Notes under the pieces: generated by a model
What the model saw: the letters and a program-made list of their open reading frames with translations, nothing else
Databases searched by the model: none
Told to the model about the DNA's origin: nothing
Made by a program: the position numbers and the translations under genes
In this document: piece after piece, positions 55,060-64,000 of the stretch
How positions within the stretch are numbered: the first letter of the stretch is position 1
How the letters are laid out: the number at the start of each line of letters is the position of its first letter
Source of the DNA: Octopus sinensis
Lineage: Eukaryota
Assembly (NCBI RefSeq): GCF_006345805.1
Contig: NC_043000.1
Coordinates: forward strand, 158,906,001 to 158,970,000
Length of the DNA: 64,000 nt
Direction of reading: 5' to 3'

Positions 55060-55570
55060 AGAAAGTGGGAGAGAGATGGAGAGTTGTATATTGTTGACGT
55101 TATAAGAATTTGTAAACTCAAGTGAAGCTGAAAGAATTCTTTCCGCGAAAGGTGGATCTTGAACCAACTGAAGCTATAGATACTAGCGTCGAAATATTGG
55201 GTTTGAAAACATTTTGAGTAGAAAATGTTGAATCTTGCTCCATGAGATTCGCATCCGCATCTCCTGCAGATATGACATGCGTACTACCACTGGATGAAGC
55301 AAACCCTTAAATTAATCCGTTCTAAAGAATTCATTCCTAACAGAAAGAATTCCATATTGATGACATCATAAGAATAGAGTTTTTAAAAAATCATCAAGAA
55401 ATCTAAATGGGTCAAGAAATCTGAAGAATTGCTTTGCTCTAATGGTAGAACGTCTGTCATGTCTAACGAAGTTATGTGTTGGAGTCCTACGGGCAGACTT
55501 CGACTCCTTTCCGTTTCTTCTCAAGGGTTTTAACCCAATTATTACATGCTAATATTTATAGTTTTATTTA

Positions 55571-55787
55571 AGGCGGCGTGCTGACAGAATCGTTAACACA
55601 CTGGGCAAAAGTGTTTAGTGGCATCTCGTCCGCCTTTAAATATCTGGCTTCAAATTCCACCGTGATCAACTTTATCTTTCATCAATTTGGCGTCAATAAA
55701 ATAAGTACCAATTGAGTACTGGGGTCCATTAGTCGACTTAGTGACCTGTCCCGAAGTTGCTGGCCTCGTGCCAAAATTTGAAACCAT
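55571..55787 (+). mobile_element. Diverged SINE family B
   Basis: AGGCGGCGTGCTGACAGAATCGTTAACACACTGGGCAAAA...AAATAAGTACC...GGCCTCGTGCCAAAATTTGAAAC. Confidence 0.8.
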
Positions 55788-56927
55788 TATATAAGTTTCA
55801 TTTTCTTTCCACTAATCCAATAAAGAGTTATTTTACATAGACACATGCCACGCACTTTGTGTAGATTATTACCATTGATATACTCAATTTGATAAATGTA
55901 ATTTACTTGAAGGGAAAAAGCAACACACTTTTCATGAATTAGATGAAAATTTATAATCCAATGATAGACAGAGAGAGAGAGAGAGGGTCTGCTGTAAGTA
56001 GGATAACTAATTATAATTTCCTCTGTTTCTAGTCTTTACTTTTCATCTTTTCTTGCAAGAAAACAGCGTTTAACAGGCTTTGTTTATCAAAATGCATAAA
56101 TATTTCCAGGCAAAAAGTTCATAATCCTCTCCTCATTAATTGGATTAGAGAGTGTAATTACTTTATTGACATTTAATTGTAAAGTATTATTCAAGACTGA
56201 GTTTCATTTCAATACTATGAGCAAATGAAATACTTGTGAACTACGCACTGCTGTTTTATTCTTAGTGACAGCGAAGTGGAAATAACACTGAGAAATATTG
56301 AGCAGTGTTCTTGGTAAATTTACAAGCTGTCTTTCGAATAATATTCTTAGCACTGTAGAATGGATTATGGTTCAAATGTAGGTGACCATGACCGAGAGCT
56401 GAAAACTTTAGTTCATTATAACTAATTCCAGGTAATAGCACAAAATATTATATCAGGAAATACTTGATTGAGCAATGCTCAGTTACACATATCCTGTCAA
56501 GACTAAGTGAGACACACCGGTGAGTAGATCTCAGCTGCTGCTGCTACTTTTTCAAACCTCATAAATGACACATATAAAAAGGCAAAAGACTGATATGCAA
56601 TGATTAACAACTCAGCAACACGCAATATTCATTAAATAATGGAGGTGAGGTTTCTTTTCTCTGCATCTTCAAGTACTGTAGTCAGTGTATTGACAGCGTA
56701 GAGGAAATGTAGAACTGAATGCATCATGGTATTTGTCCTGAATTTCTGCTCTCCGACTATTAGTTTCTCTGTGGTAAATTCCGTCTGATAGCTTTTAGGT
56801 TTCACGAAGAAACAATACGAATCTCGTGTTTTGGATTCCAAAACTGGAACAAATTATGGGAAGGTGCCTTGTTATATTCCTTCCGGCTCATTACATTCAG
56901 AGTTCAAATCATATCCAGTTTTACTTA

Positions 56928-57511
56928 TCTATTTATCCGCCCTGTCGAAGTCGACTCTCGGTTACTCGATGGATCAGTGTCCTCCAGCCGGTTCTATCCT
57001 GGGCCGCTTCTTTCAGATTGGCTATGTCCATTCCCGTATCACTCTTGATGGTGTCAAGCCAGCGGGTTCTTGGTCGGCCTCTTCCTCTCTTGCTACTGAC
57101 CATTCCGAGCATGATGTCCTTCTCCAGGGATTTTCTCCGCATAATATGACCAAAATATGTCAATCTATGCTTGGTGATCCTAGCCTCTAGCGACAGTTGC
57201 TGCATGAACCTGTTAAGATCTTCTCCATTGGTGAGCCTCACTGTCCACGAAATCCGCAAAAGTCTTCTCCAACACTAAAGCTCGAATGCATTTATTCTCT
57301 TCTGGTCAGCTTTCTTTAGTGTCCAGGTATCGCATCAATATGTTGCTATTGGGAAGACGATTGCATTCACCAATCTGCATTTGGTAGCAAGGCTGAGGTA
57401 TCTACTCTTCCAGATCTTGCTCAAGCTGACCATTGCCTCTCTACCTAGTACTATCTGCCGCCTTATTTCTGGAGTGCAGTTACCATCTCGATTTATTTTG
57501 GAGCCAAGGAG
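56928..57511 (-). mobile_element. 5'-truncated RTE (BovB-like) LINE with 13-bp TSD
   Basis: GSKINRDG.CTPEIRR, TKCRLVNAIVFPIATY, RRLLRISWT, RLTYFGHIMRR..LEKDIMLG.V..KRGRGRPRTRWLDTIK, AAQDRTGWR. CCAGTTTTACTTA at 56915-56927 and 57512-57524. Confidence 0.92.
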
Positions 57512-57539
57512 CCAGTTTTACTTAGGAAGAAGTATTCAT

Positions 57540-57930
57540 CCTTCGCCTTCTTTAATAGTATTAACTAGTTCCCAGGTGTAGTAAGTGGAGTCCGATCCGT
57601 TGGATGCATTCAAGCTAGGTTTCTATGTAGAATATACTTTTCTTCCTGCCATCATTCTCGTAGGATCTGTAAATGCTTTCCCACACTACAAAAAGATAAC
57701 AAATATCCTACAAGAACTCTTTGCTTCTGAACAAGCAGACTCTATACACTCTTCATCTAGATCCAGATATATATTTCCCATAGCTCTTTTATTGTCTCAT
57801 CAAAGTACATTGCATTTGCTATCTCGCACGAAACAGTGTCCCTATCGTCTTCTGCAATCTCGTAACTCGATGGAATTCCTTTCTTAGTTATGGATTTCCT
57901 GTAGATATGGAACTAAAAATTAAGCACATT
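57540..57930 (+). mobile_element. Possible decayed CR1/Jockey-type LINE ORF2 C-terminus
   Basis: With frameshifts: LD.IQAR, SE.ADSI...H..T..L.RTK..Y, TRWNSF..YGFP.D..LK, resembling the R...WNSLP...FP...FK end motif. Confidence 0.4.
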
Positions 57931-58641
57931 ATTCTAATGTGTGATACTCATCAAGAACCCAGAGACATTGCAGCTATTCTGCCTAGAAATATAAAAATAG
58001 CTGATAATCATACATATGAATAGAGATAATTATTTCGGCTGCATAATACATACCACAATTATAAACACATACATATAATGACTAATTATATAATGACTAA
58101 TTATATAAACAGAAATCATTAGGAAGCCATGTTAGGCTTCGTTGAGAAAAGTGCAAGAAGATGACTTATAATGAAAACATGAGTATATCCCTCCTTAAAA
58201 ATAAAGTATTCAGGTAACAAAATATTTCCGATTACCTTACTATAGATATGCGGCAATGTACAATACACACTTGTACATAAGCACACACACACACACACAA
58301 GCAAACACACACAAACACATACACACACACAAACAAACACACACATGTACACACACACACAAACACAGACACACACGCACAATTATCTTCATGTTGAACG
58401 TTTGGATCCTTCATTTAATCTTATGATACCGATAATTACATTGATCGTATTTGCTCAGATGTTCCCGTAATTTCCTCTGCAATTAACAACAGCAATAATA
58501 ATGATATTAATGATGTTGTTGATGATGATGATGACAATAAAAACAGGAATAAAAATAATTCGAAGAACAACAGTAGTCGTCGTCGTATTATTTTTATTAT
58601 TATCATCATTATTATTAGTAGTAGTAGTAGTAGTAGTTGTA

Positions 58642-58860
58642 GTTTCAAATCTTGGTTTGAGGGCATGAACTTAGTGGGGGGGGGAGAAGGGGGTAAACCA
58701 ATTTCATTAACCCCAGTGCTCAGCTGGTACTTATTTTATCAACTCGAAATGGATGAAAGGCAAAGTCAATCTCGGCGAAATTTGAACTCAGAATGTAAAG
58801 TCGGACGAAATGTCGCTGAGCATTTTGCCCGGTGTACTTACTATTCTGTTAATCTGGCCA
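58642..58860 (-). mobile_element. Diverged SINE family B
   Basis: CTGGTACTTATTTTATC...GGATGAAAGGCAAAGTC...ATTTGAACTCAGAATGTAAAG...CATTTTGCCCGG. Confidence 0.8.
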
Positions 58861-61259
58861 ATGAAAGTTGACTGAGGTGTGAGCTAAATAACGGCTGAAG
58901 AGAATACAAGAGTTTTTGAAGCTTCCGCCCATGTACTTTTCTGTAAAAGTACATGCATTGCTGTAGTTGTCCCGGTGTTATAAGTTCTGAGTTTACATTC
59001 CCTCGAAGTAATCTTTGCCTTCCATCTGTCTGATTTCGGAAACATTAAGTAGCAGACAAACACTGGGGGCGACGAACCCTCATTCTGGAAATTACTTGCT
59101 GTATACCTATATTAGACACGATTTTTATAATTCCGAAAGATCCTGTTGAATTTCTATTGCACCCCTAATTTGCGTCTCCATGTACCTGATGCATTTCTCT
59201 TTTGAAGAAATGAGCTGTGGATGCTGTTTGTGTATGTTTGTGCGGGACGATGATTTTGTAAATTCCGCTTAATTTACACTCTCTCTTTGAGTTGACATTT
59301 TGGGTAATAATATTATATATCGCAAATAAATAGAATGAGTTGTAAGGTGCGATATTGTACAGAATGTAGAATATTTCTGGAGGTTAAATTAAAACTTCGG
59401 CCACACTGCCAGAAGGACATGTTTTATGTTTGTTAATGTGTGATGGTTGAGCTCAGTATGTGAAACGTGATTTGTGTTAGTTATATCATTGTTATATATG
59501 ACGATGTAGCGTATGTTCTGTATGAATAATGCTATGGTTTTGATGGATGATATTTTAAAGCATATTCTGTGTGTGTTTTACAGAATATATGTCGTTCAGT
59601 ACGCTATTGAACTGAGAATGTATCGAGTAATTTGGGGGCTATTCTAGCGACAGTGAAGAAAACTATCAGATACGGTTTTCATTTTCAATTTTTAGCTTTG
59701 ACCGTCTTCAACATGCGTAATGTTACGCTTATTATCTGCACTAATTTTTATTTCATAACTCATTTAGTTCTTACTAAAATTTGAATCTATTTGTACTTTT
59801 CTAAACTTTTTACTTCATTCCATGCCATTTATTTTGGTCAGAGAGAATCGAGACTCGTAGCATAATACAGACACTCCTCTTCGTTATTTAGTACCCTGGA
59901 CTGGCATGATCCCTGTTATTTTTGGCTAAAGGTTTATAATATTCTGTGTTACCACTTAACCATTTACTCTTTGAAAACCGGTAAGTGTTATTATTATGTA
60001 AGTACAGGGATCGAAAATAACGATTAACCCCGCCGACAGAATTTCTGTTCATATACCTTTTTTAGAAATAAATATTACAGGTATCTTAAATTTAAAATAT
60101 TTTGTTTTTCATGTTGATAAATCACAAATTGCTTTTGCACGTAGCAATATTTATATTATTCCTATAATAATAATGATAATATTATTTAGGCATTTCCTTT
60201 GAATATTTTCATGCATTTAGTAGTGACGTTTACGTTATAATGTCGTAGTCGATTCTATTTCGCAGTAAACCATATTCATCGCTTAACTTTTCTGGGTGAA
60301 ATTGAATAAGCGGAGCCATGAGAATGACCAAATATTCATTGACCAGGTACTTAAATCGTCACCGATTGTCACATCGCCATTTGTTACCTAGGCAGATTTA
60401 ATGGACTCTCACCTGTCACAAGCTTTCAGGCAAAATGTCTGGCGTAAGGACACAGCGATATCTTGATTCGCGATTTTCTTCGACGGCTAATCACAAGTTA
60501 TATTTTCTTTTATCAATTTCCTCCACCAGTCTCCTCTGAGACTAACAAACTGTGATAGGCACCGTTATGTCAGCTCAAACTCCACGATTTAAAATGGTGC
60601 TTGATTTAATATATATCTCGCAGATATTATTTCAGTAATACAGTTACAGTTATTATTATCGCGCTCTAATTTTCTCAACATTCACTGTTTCTCTACAAGT
60701 ATCTCATACGAAATTGCGTTAAGAAAATGGCTGATTGCAGAGATCTTGAATCTAAATGGAATGGCACACGTCATTTCGGATAAAGGTTTCGCTCACAGAT
60801 TATTAGATTTGTATATGCTATGATTTTATCTATAAATCTCATTTAATCAAATGAAATTTACAATCAAAATGGGAGGCTTTTATTTGTTTTAATATTGTGC
60901 TCGAGGTTTTTAAACTGAACACCAACAGCTGTATTTCAATTACACAAACACACATATATATAGAAATAGACGTATTCATACAGACATATACTCATAAAAT
61001 CAGAGCATCAAAGTCAGGCGTACACATATAATTATATACACAGATAAATAAATGGATAGATAGAGAGAGGGAGGGAGGGAGACAAGATATATGTATATAT
61101 GCATACGTACATACATTCATACATGCATACATATACAGAATATACACAAAATATATGTATACATCTATCTATCTACCTTCCTTTCTTTCTTTCTCTCTTT
61201 CTATATATCTATATATATGACTATATACACACACACGCGGACACACACATACATATGTA

Positions 61260-61760
<501 letters not shown>

Positions 61761-62879
61761 ATGGTTGCATATACATGTCAGGCCATTGGCAGCTTTTTAA
61801 TTTCGGCAGGAGCAACACGTGTGAAATCATAAACAGTCGAATGACTCATACACTATGCTGGGTCATGAAATTAGGTATACGGAGATCCATACTCTTCTTG
61901 TTTATATGCTCCATATAAGAACATCAAATCACATGCCTAGAATGTTTTCTGTGGTATGTAGCTAACTGAAATGAATTGTTACTACTTAATATTGGGTTGA
62001 CAAGCAAACAGGCGAGAACGGTTATGGTTTCCTATCAGAAAAATTAAGTTGATAACGTAATAATCTTTCAGCAATTGCATTTGGCTCTATTATTAAAATC
62101 CGATTACTGCTTATCTGCAGGCGTCATGTGACACTATTCAGTGTACACCCGCTCTTTGCACAAAAGAATAGGATATTTCTTCTCAACAAAAATATTAGAG
62201 ATGATATTATAACGGCAAATTTAATTAATGATTTTAATACAAGGGACGTGGTCAAGACAACAACGCTTCGAGAGAGGTAAAATGAATAGTTGTGATATTT
62301 TCCTGTTGCAACTATGTGTCGTGTTGGGTCTCTTTATAGGCAATACAACATTTCATCAGAAATTCAAATTTAGGATTATTTAGAGCTATGTCTGGTCGAA
62401 ACAGATTCAAAGTATTGACAATCTTCATACTACGTGAATATGACATTTGTAATACCTGTAGTGAGGTAACTACGTTTTGGACGTTACACTACTTAATACC
62501 AGCAGAGCAGAAGGTGGTTGTTGGGAAAAGTTTAAAACCAATAACAGTCCTGTGATGCCTGAATGATGACAATCCCCAAGAATCTAAAATATCTGCACCT
62601 CTTCTTGAAAGTCTAGTAAATATGTCATATCAAATTGAATGTCCACATTTAAACAAAAGACTTGTACACCTGCTGTCAAAATTGTGTGTTTCAAACAGGC
62701 AAATGTAAAGATTTCTTTGACTATACCTTGTCCTCAAGATATGAATCCTAATTTGCACCAGAAATTATTTAATTTTAATTTATCATGAAAGCAACGTTTG
62801 AAGACAGCGGAATTATTGAAGGGACGGTTTTACAAAGAAAAATAAAGGCAACGTTTAATTTGTGACAAAGGAAGGTTCG

Positions 62880-63790
62880 AAAACAACGTACGATATGATG
62901 AAGCAGAAATTTCTACCTTGCCAATAAACAATTGCCCTTCTAGGCACACAAAAATGCAGAAGAACAATTTTAAGCACGCTTTCTATAAACGTAAAAGGAC
63001 ATTCAAACTACACATAGCAATATTCCTCAATTATTAACATCATCATGCATGAAATGCAATAGATCTCTTCCAATGAAAGAAATAACTTGGTCAAAAAACA
63101 AACATCCTTAATTAAATGGTTCCGTTGGGTACCAATTCAATCAGCGATACTGAATTTACATTAGAGTGATGAAAAGAGTAATTTACAGATGCTTTCCATA
63201 ATTTGTGTACAATCATTTAATGTGATATAAAAGAATGCGGCGGCATGGTGTTATTAAAGTAATTAACAATAATTCTAAAGAAGAAGAAATGTCTTTGAGC
63301 AGACAAAATCTACAAGCACTTGTGGCATGCTAACTGAGAAGCCGTGGCTGCCTAAAGACTGATTTTATTCCTAAAATAATACTTAAAATACGAATGGTTT
63401 ATAGCAGTCCCACGACACCGGGAGATTGTAAAACTGATTTCACTGTACAAGGTGCCAAATTTCTCTTGCATTGTCTACAGATATACATATTCTCCAACAT
63501 TTTTCTAATGTTTCAATATGCATGTAGTTCTGGTAAAGTAACGAGAGATATGATAATTAACATCAGACAGTCGTAGAAATGTATAAAGGCGAGATTCACC
63601 TGCCACCAAAATTTTTGTCAAGTAACATAACGCTCGATAAAAGAATATTTAGAACATTGGTGTTCCCATCAAATATTGTTGGTATAAATTTCCTTCAAAA
63701 TACACATAAAAGTCCACTCCGTCTCAAACTGTTCCGTGGGGAAACGTATTTCAGTGGACAACATTGTTAAATTAAGCGATACACCAGCAC
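62880..63790 (+). pseudogene. Highly decayed hAT (Charlie/ZBED8-like) transposase
   Basis: Collinear, frameshift-separated traces: STLP.NN.ALL (62912 on), EEQF.ARFL..VKGHS, NIP..NII, VIKVIN, GAAGCCGTGGCTGCCTAAAG resembling EVRWLSKG (~63338), (R)FYS, TVQG, and a C-terminal SV.R.FS-like segment. Confidence 0.5.
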
Positions 63791-64000
63791 TTATTACCCC
63801 GACTCTCTCATAGGAACATTTGCCCTCTATTACACAGCAGGTAAACAGTTCAATGCGAATATTTTAGAAGCTAAATCAAAGACCTTCATAAGTGCTGTTT
63901 GTGATTTATCCTCTCCTGAACTTTGTTATTCTGTGGCATACTGGGAACAAAATATTCAAAAGCTAATAAACATCTCCAATGACTCTACTAATTATGGATT

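Noticed and set aside
56800-57190. Apparent exon or ORF (FTKKQYESRVLDSKTGTNYGKVP...)
   Set aside because: It runs through a degraded SINE-B-like head (~56860-56915) and the antisense of the RTE insertion
57585-57887. 100-aa ORF with a GPCR TM1-like segment (YTFLPAIILVGSVN)
   Set aside because: No GN motif or further transmembrane helices at the right spacing; other frames fit a decayed LINE C-terminus better

Overview
Eukaryotic, AT-rich, microsatellite-saturated, repeat-dominated DNA with no host protein-coding gene that I can support. The mix of tRNA-derived SINE families, R4/Dong LINEs in (TAA)n tracts and RTE, Penelope and mariner remnants points to a coleoid cephalopod, probably Octopus (inference). 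Almost every ORF in the supplied track is a microsatellite or antisense artefact. Supportable content: (i) several R4/Dong-clade non-LTR retrotransposons, including three near-identical young copies at 1281-1923, 41918-42735 and 48273-51079, stacked in each other's TAA tails; (ii) Penelope-like (PLE) GIY-YIG and RT remnants; (iii) two Tx1/L1-like 3' ends embedded in (TATC)n; (iv) RTE-type fragments, one with a 13-bp TSD and one carrying two C2H2 fingers; (v) decayed mariner and hAT transposases and a probable non-autonomous Helitron; (vi) about 20 SINE copies from at least three families. The most unusual signals are two independent inverted duplications, each carrying a minimal hammerhead-ribozyme-like motif (26685-26849; 7224-7338 with 7787-7901), and an apparent partitioning of different retroelements among different microsatellite targets. 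All alignments and translations were done by eye; no database searches were run.
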